A stretch of 64,000 bases of DNA, taken from the IMG/VR virus record IMGVR_UViG_3300027541_000229, one strand, 5' to 3'. This document shows, piece after piece, positions 27,896-41,600 of the stretch. How positions within the stretch are numbered: the stretch's first letter is position 1; the number at the start of each line of letters is the position of its first letter. The translations under genes were made by a program, and so were the position numbers. Origin of the DNA: an uncultured virus (IMG/VR IMGVR_UViG_3300027541_000229) (lineage: Duplodnaviria > Heunggongvirae > Uroviricota > Caudoviricetes). The notes under the pieces were generated by a model. It did no database searches. It was not told the origin of the DNA and worked only from the letters and a program-made list of their open reading frames with translations.

Positions 27896-29779
27896 TTATG
27901 GTGGTAATACTGTGTCGCCTACAAACTGCCAGTTATTTGCGATAATCTGGAATATCTTAACGATACGTGTAACTGAAATTGTGCTAGGCGGAATGATTGC
28001 TGTGTTAATAGCAACGTTTGTAACTGCTGGAGCTGTACCTGTCGGAGTATTAAATGTAGCCGTACTCTGATTGAGCAAGGGATTTATATCTAATGTAGTA
28101 GACTGAGGACTTAGAATATTACATAAGACTCTAGCAACGGCTCCATTTCTAAAATCAGCAGGTGGCGCAACGTTATTCAAAATATTTGTGATGATGTAAG
28201 AGTTATCTTTACCATCTGAAAGATCAATACTTAATGCTACCGGACGTGTTTCTAATCTATTATCTGTATATTCTTTAGTCGCAGCATCTTGGGCACTGAC
28301 CGGATCTCCCATACCTGTGATTCTTGGATAACCTTGAAGGGCTATATTTCCATTCCCATTAGGTGCTATCTCTAAATCTTGGTCGGTTTGAAGTGTAGAA
28401 ATCCTATTATCTTCCAACTTCATATAAGGTACAGGTGGAACACCTGGGCCAATATTAACTACAGACTGTGTACCAAATGATGTAACCCCAGGAATACTAG
28501 TAATATTAGCTCCCAACGAGTTTCCTGTTAAAACTGGAACTCCGTCGATAGCAAAATATTTTCCTGCTGCGAGATTGATATGTTCTGAACTATTCCATGC
28601 TTTACTGTATAAAGCAGGCAACGCATCAATATATCCTCCAGCAATAGCTTCTGAACTATTTGAACCCGCGGCTGCTCCGCCATCTGACCAAACAAAGACA
28701 TGTGCTGTAGCACCTTGTACTATCATGCCACCTGTATCAGCATTTGCATCAGTAGGTAAGACTCCCGTAGTTTTTGCCAATACAATATTTTTATCTTCAA
28801 CCGTTACTGTGGAAACGTTGACTGTAGTAGTGTCACCATTTACTGTTAGATTGCCAGCGATAGTTAGATTACCTGCAAGATTAACTTGGCTTTCTGGTTG
28901 ATTAGGATATATGTCAATCGTCCTTGTCGATCCTGATATCCTAATGCCTGTTTCGGCTGTAATGTCTTTACGTACATTAATAAACAAATCTCTATTAGAT
29001 GCAGAGTTAGCTAATATCACATCACCATTGGTAACTCGCAATGTCGCTTGGTCAGCACTACCGATAATAATACCAAGGTCTGTGGTAATCTTCAACTGCC
29101 CTTGCATCGAGTTCGCAGTATCTGTTCGAACATAGTTAGCGGCTGGAACTGCATTTAAGTTTTCAGCATTAGTGGCCGTTACATTAAACTTTAATCCGGT
29201 TAGTGTACCTGCATTGAAACCAGGAATAATGCTGCCTGAAAACCCTGTGATAGCATTCTTTGGAGTAAATGAATCTTTAGCAAATATTCCAAGTAAAATT
29301 CCGTTATTATACAATGATGTAATAACTCTAGTTTGATTTAATGTATCTAATATACTTTCAATCTTTAGACCACTTACACCTTGAGTCACTGAATAAGCAG
29401 GCGCTAACAATATCGTGCTAGTACCGTCATAGAAAAATAGTTGTTTGTCTACATCATTGAACCAAAGATCACCAACACCCAACGTCGAAGGTTGGGTACT
29501 CGAAATAGTAGCAGAGCTCACGGGAACAAAACTAGTTCCTGTATAAACCTTTAGTTTTCCTTCTGCGGTATCAAACCATATCTGTCCTCGTATAGGATGT
29601 GATGGTTTTGTACTTCCTGAAAAATGTTCTAGAAGTTTTATTAAATTTTCATTAAGGGCTTCTCCAAAGCCGCTGTAGTTTTTTCCGATCAAAGTAAGAT
29701 CAGTCGATAATGTATCGATTTGACCGTCTGCAACTACAGCTACTATTGATCCGTCTGTTCTGTTAACTTGATACGCCAT
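27896..29779 (-). CDS. Tail fibre/baseplate protein
   Basis: Shared N-terminus; GNLTV.G.TTTVN...V.D motif and DAATK.Y.D. Confidence 0.7.
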   Translation of the reverse strand: MAYQVNRTDGSIVAVVADGQIDTLSTDLTLIGKNYSGFGEALNENLIKLLEHFSGSTKPSHPIRGQIWFDTAEGKLKVYTGTSFVPVSSATISSTQPSTLGVGDLWFNDVDKQLFFYDGTSTILLAPAYSVTQGVSGLKIESILDTLNQTRVITSLYNNGILLGIFAKDSFTPKNAITGFSGSIIPGFNAGTLTGLKFNVTATNAENLNAVPAANYVRTDTANSMQGQLKITTDLGIIIGSADQATLRVTNGDVILANSASNRDLFINVRKDITAETGIRISGSTRTIDIYPNQPESQVNLAGNLTIAGNLTVNGDTTTVNVSTVTVEDKNIVLAKTTGVLPTDANADTGGMIVQGATAHVFVWSDGGAAAGSNSSEAIAGGYIDALPALYSKAWNSSEHINLAAGKYFAIDGVPVLTGNSLGANITSIPGVTSFGTQSVVNIGPGVPPVPYMKLEDNRISTLQTDQDLEIAPNGNGNIALQGYPRITGMGDPVSAQDAATKEYTDNRLETRPVALSIDLSDGKDNSYIITNILNNVAPPADFRNGAVARVLCNILSPQSTTLDINPLLNQSTATFNTPTGTAPAVTNVAINTAIIPPSTISVTRIVKIFQIIANNWQFVGDTVLPP

Positions 29780-29791
29780 GTTCTTGCCCTA

Positions 29792-31936
29792 TTAGGTTGT
29801 AGTTGTTGTAAATGCCGGAGGACCAGATCTAATAATGTAGTTCACGGTTAGATATGGATTCATTATACCAACTGCCTGTTTTAATGTATAATCAACTGTT
29901 GGTTTCTTAATGCCTCCTGTAGTATTAAGATACTGTGCGCCACCAGGTACGTTCGGTCCAAGGCCAGTTGTTGCAGGAGAGTTAATAGCAGTATCCACTC
30001 TGACTGCAGAATATTGTATTCCATTTACTAACATAGAATGTTCGTGATCTGGAAGATTTGACAGGTCTAATGTAACTGAACTCTGACCAGCAGAGCCGCC
30101 GATGCTTTGTGCCTTGATGTCAGGTACTCGACCAGCCGTGCCGCCGCCTGCATCAGTAAACCCGCCCAATGAGTTTGGAACACTCTGAGCATTATCCATA
30201 TTGTCTCTGCCAAGAGCAAAGCGTCCTCGCATATCCGGAAGTCTAAATGTTCCTACACCAACTAGTGCTGTGGATCCATTATAAGTCGTTCCAATGATGT
30301 CATAAAGATCTGGATATTTTACACGCTCTACTTCTGATCCATCGCAGAACAAATATCCGTATGGTGGAAGTTGTCCTGCATAAGGGAACATAGTCCCTAT
30401 AGGAACACCTAGATCTCCGATAAAAGTATTTCTAGTCTGTTTGAGAAGACCGCTAGCTCCACCTTGTCCTGCCAAGCTAGGTCTATAGGTTAATACTAAA
30501 TCCTCAGCGTTAGAATAGTTAGGATTAGGAAAATCTTTACTACTGATAATATTTGATGTCAGCGATGTAACAAATATTTTTGTAGAACCCCCCACTTGCC
30601 CATCAAAAGAGATCGAAGGACTAATGACGTCTCCTTCAAGTTTAAAAGTTGTTGCTGTTCTCAAACTGGTTGCTGTGTTGGCGTTACCACTAATGTTACC
30701 ATTCAAGATACCTTGTATTTCATCAGCAACGATAGTTTTTGCTCTCACAGTTTTCCAACGCTTGCTTGTCGAGCCCAGGTCAAATGTTTCTGTTGCCGAT
30801 GGAACTACTCCACCTAACTGGGATGTTCCTGATACTGTTAGATCAGTACCGATCAGTACATTCTTTGTAACAGAAATGCCACCAAGTGTTCTTAAACTTC
30901 CGTTTGAAAGATTAGTACTCTGTGTGGTATTATTAATAATAACTGAACCGGTTATTTGTAGGTTACCGTCAATATCAAGAGCTTCTTCTGGCGCTAAAAC
31001 ATTAACACCTACAGACGTTCCTTTAACTCGAAGGACTGTGTTTGGTATTCCGTCTTTGTTAGTTTGTAAATCTAAAGAGCTTCCCGATTTAGAGTTGTAA
31101 ATCGATGCTGATGTATTGTCATTAGATATACGGAAATCACTGTTAACACCTAGAGTTAAACCTTCATTGCTTCGAATAATGATCCCATAATCTGTTGTAT
31201 TAGAAATATCCGATCTTAAAAACTTACCGGCGGCAACTTCTGTACCACCGACATTTAGTGCGTCCGCATTTTTTGCTGTTCCAAAAAGTTTAGGAATGTA
31301 CCCGCCTTGAAATTTATCTTGTGTTGTTGCATCTGGGATATGGATGTTGATACCAGAATGTATAGGTACGGGATTTATTGCTGTCGGACTAAACCCTGGA
31401 ATGTTTACTTTTGGTGTAAAACTATCTTTACTTACAATGATGATAGGTACATCAGCGATATAGAAAACTAAAATATTTCTTGTTACGTTGTCGCTATCTG
31501 ATATAGCTTCTACAGCCGGTCCGTATCTTAGACCATCAACTGAACTTTCTGCAGGACCTACAAGAATCCATCTAGCACCTGTGAAGATTCTTAACTGTTG
31601 ATTGGTTGTGTCAATCCATAACTCACCAACTTTGGCTGTTTCTACACTTGGTTCAGAAGGACCTTTTTGTATTCCTGAAGCTGCTTTCCAATCACCATCG
31701 TAAAGTTTGAGCTGTGCATTTACTGTATCGTACCAAACCTGACCCACTGTAGGGTTAACTGGTTCGGTTCCAGCGGCAAAATTTTCTAGTAGATGTAGAA
31801 AGTTTTCTGCTATAGTTTGACCGTATCCTGTTACATTTCTACCAGGAAATGTTAGACTGGTGCTAGAAGTGTCTGACGTATTGTCATAGACAGTGATAAT
31901 CTTTGTTTTATCAGTACTGGTTACATTATATGGCAT
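29792..31936 (-). CDS. Short tail fibre-like protein with collar domain
   Basis: Shared N-terminus; collar PIGT..PYAG..PP.GYL.CDG......YPDL...IG.TY...F.LPD.RGRF; LP.H.H; PYL..NYII. Confidence 0.8.
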   Translation of the reverse strand: MPYNVTSTDKTKIITVYDNTSDTSSTSLTFPGRNVTGYGQTIAENFLHLLENFAAGTEPVNPTVGQVWYDTVNAQLKLYDGDWKAASGIQKGPSEPSVETAKVGELWIDTTNQQLRIFTGARWILVGPAESSVDGLRYGPAVEAISDSDNVTRNILVFYIADVPIIIVSKDSFTPKVNIPGFSPTAINPVPIHSGINIHIPDATTQDKFQGGYIPKLFGTAKNADALNVGGTEVAAGKFLRSDISNTTDYGIIIRSNEGLTLGVNSDFRISNDNTSASIYNSKSGSSLDLQTNKDGIPNTVLRVKGTSVGVNVLAPEEALDIDGNLQITGSVIINNTTQSTNLSNGSLRTLGGISVTKNVLIGTDLTVSGTSQLGGVVPSATETFDLGSTSKRWKTVRAKTIVADEIQGILNGNISGNANTATSLRTATTFKLEGDVISPSISFDGQVGGSTKIFVTSLTSNIISSKDFPNPNYSNAEDLVLTYRPSLAGQGGASGLLKQTRNTFIGDLGVPIGTMFPYAGQLPPYGYLFCDGSEVERVKYPDLYDIIGTTYNGSTALVGVGTFRLPDMRGRFALGRDNMDNAQSVPNSLGGFTDAGGGTAGRVPDIKAQSIGGSAGQSSVTLDLSNLPDHEHSMLVNGIQYSAVRVDTAINSPATTGLGPNVPGGAQYLNTTGGIKKPTVDYTLKQAVGIMNPYLTVNYIIRSGPPAFTTTTT

Positions 31937-31939
31937 TTA

Positions 31940-32599
31940 TTAAGCTCCAGTGAATCCAGTTAGACTCTGAATACGTATTGTATAATCAATCTGTAATAAC
32001 CTATTCAAAGATTTTTGTACGGGGTGAAATACCACGTGTGTAAGAAGTTTACCTGTTCCGCTAGGATCGTAACTTCTTAGACCAAGTTCGTCAAAAACAA
32101 AGTTTCCGCTTAAATCCACAGAGTTGTCAAATGCTTCCTGATCAGTAGGTTCGCCGTAATCTAATAAACAACTAACAACAATATCCGAGTAAGTGGCTCC
32201 ACTAATATGACGTATTTCCATCTTATTACGAACAGGATCTGAGTTGATTGCTGCTTGCTGATCTACTATTTTTTGATAGGTTTTGCTGTATAAACTAGAG
32301 TTTACACCGATAGTATTCGGAGTAAGATAAGTTATGAGTCCTGTAGGATCGACGGTTGTTCCGCCGTTACCAAAATCCATTTGATAGATAGTACCCAATC
32401 CCTGGTTTGATAAACTCTGTACCATCGCTACAGACATATTTTCATAATGAATAGCATTACGCTTATCTACGAATATCTCGCCGTTTTGCGGATCATAGAT
32501 CTTGATATGCCCTTCAAAATGGAAACCTCCAATTTCGTTGGGCTGAGCATCAGTTTTTTGCTGTTGGTTTTCGGTCATGTTAGTCTCTTGTGGTTCCAT
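31940..32599 (-). CDS. Putative baseplate/tail structural protein
   Basis: 219-aa ORF between the giant wedge gene and the fibre genes. Confidence 0.55.
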   Translation of the reverse strand: MEPQETNMTENQQQKTDAQPNEIGGFHFEGHIKIYDPQNGEIFVDKRNAIHYENMSVAMVQSLSNQGLGTIYQMDFGNGGTTVDPTGLITYLTPNTIGVNSSLYSKTYQKIVDQQAAINSDPVRNKMEIRHISGATYSDIVVSCLLDYGEPTDQEAFDNSVDLSGNFVFDELGLRSYDPSGTGKLLTHVVFHPVQKSLNRLLQIDYTIRIQSLTGFTGA

Positions 32600-32607
32600 A
32601 TCAGTAT

Positions 32608-35600
32608 TTATTCAGGTATTTTAGTAGTCTTTTCTGCTATGAATCTAGCGATCGGAGTTGTGTTTTCTAGCAGCGTAACGCCTCTAGTAACGGTATTTTC
32701 GCCTCGATCATACCAAGTTCTACCTAGTTTCCTGATGACAGTTATCAGCGTATTTGCTGGAACTGTTTCGGTTAGTCTTATGTAAGGGGTGGTTCCGTCA
32801 ACACTAAACTCTGCTTCAAGAGTCTTGTATTTTCCGGATCCTTCGGCTCCTAGAGTTTCATCAAATACCTGTAAGGGATCTTTACGCAGTCTGCGGCCGC
32901 CTACAAATACTTCTATCTGATCACAAGGCCCAAAATCTGATGGGATGGTATTTTTATACCATATTGATCTAGTTCCTTTGCTAGGTGTAAACTCTAACGG
33001 TCCGATTGTTTGAGCTGTTCCTATAGTAGAATCGTCTGATTTCCCATCGCTGGTAAAATCTGTACGATCTTGCGTTTCGTTATAAGGAACTGTTTCCTTG
33101 ATACCTACATCAACGACATAGCTGCCCTTGGCATGCAATGTAGCTATCGATGTTCCTAGGCTTCCTCTTCTGAGTTTAGAAAGAACATTTCCAACCTTAG
33201 ATAGATACTCAATACGCTCGTTGTTTATGGTTATTATTCCAGGAATATTTCTAGAAGGAATAGGATCTGAAAGTTCAGTAGAATCTGTAACTTCTAGTGA
33301 GGTGTCAAAATAGTTCAAATCTTTTGCCAGTACAACATCCATTCCTTGTGAATACCTCTTGAAGTGGTAGACATTTAACATGTCTTTATAGATTTCATAT
33401 CCACTAGGTAATCTATAGATCTGAGACCCAAATAAAAGAATTTTTATATTATCATCTTCAGTAGTCTTGTTCTTGAGATATATCAATGATCGATCTTGAT
33501 CTACATAATAATCAACATCTTGTGACAATCTATCTCCATTTTTATAAACCCATACATAGCTTACTGATATAGGGCTGTGAGAGAGTCGGTATTGTACCTT
33601 ACCACCAGTATATTCGTCTGAGATTAGATCCATCGAAGTATATTCGTTGAACCATGTAACACCAATAGTGTCACCGTCAACTAATGATATTGTATCTAAT
33701 AAAACTAGACTATTGTTTTCTATTTTATAATCAGATATAAAATTTGTTTCTATTTTAATAACATCACCTTTAGTCAATGATTTTGTGATAGTAATAGTTT
33801 TAGAAGTACCATCATAGACATAATCTTGAATAAAAGTCTTAAGTTCATCGTTAATATAAACAGAAATGTTGCTAGTTAGTACAGCACCCGGGCCGGTGTA
33901 AGGATCTTCTCCTAGAACAAAATCTTTAGTTACTCCATCATAGACAAAATAAACACTATCGGGTCCCTTTAATGCTTTTCCGTTAACTTCGACTATCATC
34001 GATGACGCGGCCGATGCGTTAAGAACATTATTAAAGTTGGCACCGATCTGAGATACTAGTTTAGGATCTTCAGTTACAGAATGATTTAAACTAAAGGTTC
34101 TTGTACTTCCTTCATAGTTAAACACTTGTTGATTGATCCTTACTACACCGTATCCGTCTAATACATTACCGTTTTCAGAACCTAAAACAAGTATAGATAT
34201 TACATCACCTAGAGTTGGTTTTATACCAAACTGGACCAATGTTCTATTTTGAGAATCAACAACTCCTGTACTGTTGACGAATGCTGTTTCCTTATAGATT
34301 CCATTTACTGTTACAAATATTGAAGTAGTATCTGTATAGTTTGCATCAGTTAAAAATAAACTAGTATCACCATCAGCTACAAACTCTTGATAATCTAAAA
34401 GATTGTGGCCGCCAATACCTAAAGAAATAATTTCAATAATATTTCCCGCAGGTGCTAGGCTGTTTAAAGTTATTTCTTGATCTTTATAATCGATAGAATA
34501 ATCTATAGTTTCTGTTTTCTTAATCTTATTGATATAGACTAACAAAGAGCTATTTTCGATTATTTTTTGTCCTATCTTATAAGTTAAAGTTATTCCATCT
34601 GAATAGATAGTCCTGTGGTTAAGAGGAGTGGCTCCCGACCTTGTGTTATTAAACACTTTTATAGAAAGACTATCTAGTACCTGTCCAGGAACATTTTCTT
34701 CAGGTGCAGGAACTTGTTCAGGACTTATAAATTTACCACCCTCTAGAACTATTTCTTCTGCGGCAGTACCTGAAGCAGTTGAATATGCTCCGCTCATAGC
34801 AGCTAATGTGCCACCACTTATCTTTGTGTCTAAAATGTTGGAATCATTAATAGTAACAGAACCATCACTTTCGATTTGTCTGAATACCAATGTATCACCT
34901 GCATTTAAACTCAAATAAGGAGTTAGCATTATCACAGAAGTCGATCCATCCCCTATAAAGGTAGGTATTTCTGCATGAGGATTAGTCTGCATAGAACTAT
35001 CTTGCGCAGGGTTAAAATATGGATCGTCTATTCTTATAAACTGTGTGTCACCATTTCTCTTAATATAGATGTTATAAATTTGGCCAGCAGCAGGAGGTGC
35101 ATCAAAAGTATACGATGCCGTACTTCCATCTGCCCTAAAATAAATGTCATTTGATGATTCTACACTGTCCCAGCTGTCAGAAAACCAAGGTAGAGCATCC
35201 CAACCACCAGTGACTTCAAATGTTGTTCCTTGTACTTGGACGCCACCAAAGTCTAGACCGGTCATTAACTGATTAAGTTCTTTTCCTAGCATTCCAGAAG
35301 CAGTAGGCGATGATGATTCTGTTAGATAATATTTGTTTATCCTGTCAACAGCATACAATAACTCATCGTTCTTTTCGTAGGTAATAACGATATTGTCACC
35401 TTTGTTTGGAGCTGAAACAAAGATTACCGATCCTTTTAATAAAGAGTAGTTGTCTATACCTTCTTTATAAATCTTTACAGAATATTCATCTTTATAAACA
35501 ACATTACCATTTCTTAAAATGTTGATCTTATTCTTATTGTTAGATGGTGCATAGCTGAGTTTAAAAACAGCATTGTTTCCTTCAGCAACAAAAGTATCTG

Positions 35601-38600
35601 TCTTTGTAAAAGTAGAATAAGAAGATTCTTTATTAACTCGATCAAATCTCAATGAAAGATTAAATGTCCTAGTTTTAGAATCACCAAGTACCGGTATTGC
35701 TGTTGCTATATCGGTGCTGTTTCCGTTGCCGCCAACTAGTTTTATAGAAGCTCTTGTGTATCCTGAGCCAGCAGTTAACAACTCAACACCAGACACAGAT
35801 CCGTTTGAGATGTAGGCTTTTGCAGTTGCGCCGGTTCCGTCGCCGTCAATAATAACTGTAGGCGGTGAATTATATTCTGATCCCGGATTAGACAACCTAA
35901 TCTCAGTTATAGAATATCTATGATTATCGAGCCACCATTTCCATGGATATCTCTGAATCGTTTCTTGGGTTTCTGTTACTGATGTTATTTTTCCTTCAGA
36001 TACATTATATGCAGGTGGAAGGTCAAAATCAGAAGTAGATAGTCCTGTTGTTTCTAGGGTATTATACCTACTAATGTATTCTCTCACTGTTGTTCTATAT
36101 GGTTTAACTTCGTTGATATAATCTTGGAAGCTCGCAAGGTTATCATTTTTATAGTTTAACTTCTGCTCAAAAGCTCCAACATTATGTGTGGCAGTAACAA
36201 GACTAGTCTTGAACATCCAATCAACATATTTCTGTTCTGTTAATACATATCGAACTGCTACAAAGAACAAACTACTCCATTGGTCGCCGAAACCTAGATT
36301 ATAGGCATTATCTTTTACTGCACGTAGAATATTTCTTAGTTCTTTAGCGTTTTCAAGATCATAAAATGCAGTATCGTATGACTTGTTATTATCATAACCT
36401 ATTCCGCCAACTGTTGGATCGTATAGAGAAGGTTCTAATAAAACTGTTCCTTTTTCTCTTCCTACTAGCATCCAGTCATCTGACGGATTCGAGCTACCTT
36501 CAGAAGTTTTTAACAATACAGCCCAACCGCCAGATGCGTATTCTTTTATACGTACCATATCGCCTACATAGGTGGTAACAAACCCTAGATATGAAATATT
36601 AGGAATCTCTTTGACTATTCTGTCAACTGATGAATAACCGGTCAACCACCAGTCTTGTAAACTCCAATATCTAGTTGTATCATAAGCCTGAGTTCTTGTG
36701 CGATAGAATGTCTTCTTATCACTGTTGTAGGCATATATGCCCCAGAAGTTATTGGCTGTAGCATCTTTGTTAACCAACACTGAGAAAGGTCTAATGGATG
36801 CAGAAGCATAACTGTACTTTCTACCTTTAGTTGTAACCGTAACAGATATTATTCTGCCTTGTGAATCTATAGTTGCTTCGGCTGCTGCTAGTTCACCATC
36901 TCCGTCAATGATTACTGGTGGAACTACTTTGTAACCAAAACCTTTGCTTACTATATCAATAGTATCTACCTGTCCGTTTATGATATTCACTTGCAAAATC
37001 GCAGGTTCTACACGAGTAGTGCTTACGGTTTCAAGATCGATATCTGTGTCAACTGCTACATCATAGAGATTTAGTTGGCTGTTAGGGGCAGGATCGACTA
37101 GATTTAGGTACGTAAAGTCCAATGAATCTGTCAACGGATACGTTGACAAGAATGCATTCAGATTATCGACTGTTAATCTTAGTGCAGTTAATCGGTTAAT
37201 AAACATACCTTGTCTAGGTCTAAACTCGATTCCGTATCTTAATTTCGCAGGCAGTCCCGGATCAGGAACTCTATTACCAACAGAATCGTATCCTACAAGA
37301 CTGTCGATCCATTTGGTTTCAAGTTTATAAGACGGAACACCTTGAGTTGACCCTTCTCTAATCAACTGGTATTCGTTGTGTACAGGGTTTAACGAACTAG
37401 TATCTTTCTTATACTCTATATTCAACAAAGCATAATCAGTTGAAATAATCGATTTGAAGTTATACAACAAAAGAGTATTTTCTGCTGCTATGCCTACAAA
37501 TGCTGTTCCCGAACCAATAGGGTTATTAATATATGAAGCCACTGTTGATGCTGATATATTTCTGCCTATAACATTAGTAGGTAAAATAGTTTTATTTTTT
37601 ACCCAGTAATAGTAGTACGTTTCTGTTGCCGCACCAGTCGACGCATTATATAGAATACGTTGAGAATAGACATCGTCGTTAGGATATAAAGGTTGTCCTG
37701 AGATACCGTTGGCTATTCCGTTGTTTGTATCTGCTAATGCGGCCCACTCACTAGGCAACAGTTTGGTCTTTACCCATTCATAAACATCGATGCTAGAACC
37801 AGGAACTTGTCTACTCCAGTTTCCTACTCTATAAGATGTATCACCTTGTTCGTAGTACATCCACTTAGCTGTAGATGTATTCCACCATAGTTTTCCTACA
37901 TGATGATCAGTCCATTCTTGCGATGGTATAACTGTTTGTAAGTCTGTACCAATAGAATACACAGCAGGATCGTAAGGAACTTTGAAAGTTAACTCTTGTT
38001 CTGCTTCGTTTAATATTTTACCCTTAGCTGGATCGATTATATCCAGATCTTGTATTTTTTTATTGTTTACATCATCGTAAAGAGAAATGCTCTTTAACTT
38101 TTCTATATCAACGACTAAGCTTCTTTGCGATAGGATCTCCCAAGAATTTACATTTTCTAGTTTCTTGAACAGTCTCACATGACCGGTCTTTTGATTTAAT
38201 ACGTTAGAATAATAATCAGGAGAACCAACTAAAATGTTATCTGGTGTACAATACACGCTGTAACCAAAAGATTCGTTCGATGACAGATCAGCAGATAGTT
38301 TTTCAGCTAAGAAATAAACATCTGCTTTTCTCTCGAATACGTAAACTGCTCCGGCAAAACCATAATCTTTACTAAATCTTGTAGCTCCGTGATCGAAGGT
38401 AGTAGTTCCTTCATCCTTGCTAAAGAATGTAACCGACTCATGATAAGGAGTATTCTTTGCTCCAATAACAATTTTTTCTGTATTTCCACTTATACAGATG
38501 CTCTGTCCAAAATATTCATTAGGATAATCTTCAAAACTTTCTAGTTTTTGTTTTACTCTAAAAATATTGTTTGTTAATCTTAATACATAGGCCGAACCTT

Positions 38601-41600
38601 GATTCTGTAGATTTATATCTCCCAGCGGACTAGCGATAACCAATGTAGTTCCTGACCAATCTAAATCCAATGATGCACCGAACTGATCGCCTACATTTAT
38701 TGTTTCTACTTTAGAAAGATCGCTGTACTCAGAAAGATTATCTGCACCAATAGTCTGCACTAATCTGTAACCGGTTGATTCTTTTTTGTAAACAAAAACT
38801 TTTCCAGATGGATTCATCGTACTATCGCCAATAGACACCCACGGCAATGTTGTCGGATTGGTTCCGGTATTAGTATATGTGGAATCTGATGTGTCTGGAG
38901 CTAACTTATAGTACAATCCTTCATACTGTACTACTTCACCTTCGAAGTATTCTGTAGTAGAATTCCACACACCTCTGTACTGATCAAAAACCTGTCCATC
39001 ACTAAACGGAGCGCCAACTGCAATAATATCACCTGTATAGCTCATGGCTATCGCCGAGCCATACTGGTCTCCTATCTTTAGCATTTCAACATCACTGTTA
39101 AGTATACCGTGAGCCATAGTAGATCTATCTTGAACTAGTGAGTTGTTCAATGCTAGTTCAGATGGAAGAATCTCGCCAATCTCCCATCCAGTTCCGTTAT
39201 GACTGTATACGTAAACTCGACCGATGCCATCTAAAGATCCAGGAGCTGACACTATCATCGAATATGATGTACCGCTCTTGGCCATCTTAATAGATGAACC
39301 AAATAGTTCCCCGGCTGCCGGTCTTGGGCTTGCAAAAGTTTTATAATAATCCCAACCTTGAGATGTCCTTGTATAAAGAACAATCATTCCCTGTTCTGAG
39401 AATCCATCTCCCCTGGCTTCTCCATAGGCTTCAATGTTTGTTGCTCGGTCCCAATCTTCTGTGTTAAATGTTAAAGTGCTGCCATCAGGTGACACAAACT
39501 TGTTAGGTGTCCATAAAATATCATCATAAAGGACAACATCCTCAAGAGCATAACTCTTTGTAGAACTAAATGGTCCTAGATATGTATTTTTAACACCACT
39601 GGCTAAGGGAACGCCAATAGCCAACCATTGACCGTCTGGACTTACTGTAATGGCCTGACCGAATGATCCTATTGATAATGTTCTAAACTCGATCAGCGGT
39701 GATAATATCTGCTTAGGAGTCAATGCACCGTTAATATCAGAATAAACAACGGCATAGCCCGATCCCGGAATACCAACTATAGATTCTTTTGATCTATTAT
39801 CATAAAAGACTGCTGCACCAGTTCTCAGTGGTGATGTTAAACCATATTCACTGATTTCTCCAAAAGAATATTGTTTGGTTTTTCTAATAACTTCCCACAG
39901 CCCGCTACCATTATCGTCAACCCATAGAGTAGATCCTTCTTTCCACAAAGCTACTTTTTCAGGATCAACCATGTCGTAGGTATCAAATCTAACTTCAGTA
40001 AACAATCCTACATTGGTAACTGTGCTGCCGTCAATAACCGGATCCTGTGCTGCAGGAGTAACAGTAACGCTAATAGTCATATCACTGACTTCAGTAATCT
40101 TATAAAATCCTGTTAGGTTAGGAATCGATCTAAAGCCTACAATGTCGCCCACAGTCAACCCATGGCGGCGATTCATTGTAACAGTAACAGTTAACCCAGA
40201 TTTTACAGCATCAACGACCTTGAGGTTTGCAGCTTCTGAGAATCTCCATACGGTCCAATCAGGTGAATAAAATGTAAGCCAAAAATGTGCGCCTTCAGAA
40301 ACTGTAGAAATGTCTATACCTAATATAGCGTCTGCATTATATAGAGCAAAATCAACTTGAGATGTTGCTACATATCCTGCTGTGTTTTCAGGTTCTGCCT
40401 CTAGACTTAAAGGATTTATGTTTGTAGTATAAGGTGTTGGGGAGATAGTAAAATCACTGCCAATAACTCTATAATAACGATCGCTAGAAACAGACGGAAT
40501 AGAATTTACAAACAGCAGAGGCTGAGGATTTAATGGAAACTCGGATTTTTCTATCTTTATTTCATATTCTTTAAGTTGATCAACACCACCAAAGCGTCCA
40601 ACTCTAAATGCCCACTCTTCATCAAGAACTAATGCCGATTCCGATGAGCGACTTATTTTATCAAAAACTTTCTTGACAGAGTTTATAGTTCCTTTTTCTC
40701 TAATGAATCCTTGATACAACTGGAACTGGGTCACTGGATCTTCTGCGAGATTCTGTAGATATTCTCTAGACTGATATCCCACAGTATGACGTGCAAGCTC
40801 TCGCTGAGTTTCTCCAATGCCTTGTGATTCAACATTAAAATAATCATCAAACTGTTTGATCTTGTAATCAAAGTTTGATAACAGTTGTTTTTCTGGAACT
40901 GTATCTAGTTTAGTCCATAGATTAGTATTGAAAGATTCTGATCCTTCTTGATTAACTTGGCTTACCCAATAGTATTGCTGATAAGCAACAATATCCCCTA
41001 GTCTATAATCTACAAATGGTTGCCATACAGCGATATCAACGTTGTCAAATAAGAAACCCGGACTTGTATAATCGCCGTACCAGTCAGTGGTACGGAATCC
41101 TAGACTCTTGATTCGTTGCTGTCTATATCCGGTTGGTTTATCATAGATGATGTCACTGAACACCGTTTTATCACTGAACACTGTTACGTGTTCTTTTAGA
41201 ACATAATATAATCTAATATAATATATGCCCTCTGTAGTATTGGTAGTTTCAACAGTTATTTCTTGGAACTGTCGATCCACGTTGATATATTGTGGCTGTA
41301 AAGGTTTACCATCACTCTTTAATACCTGATAATCATAAAAGCCATCTAACAGGTTGTCTGCTACTCCAACAGGAGTCTTTATATAGACTTTCTGAGAGGC
41401 TGGACTTAATGTGATAATCGATCCTATAGCCCAGTTATGTCTGGTCCAGAACATGAACTCTTTACAACTAGTGGTCCAGTCTTGGCTTACTTGATTATCA
41501 GGATCATAATTTTCAAATACAAATCCTCTAGATTTGAGATAGGCTTCGTATCCTAGTAGGAAGTTAACTATGTCTTGGATTTCATTTATCTCTGTTCCAT

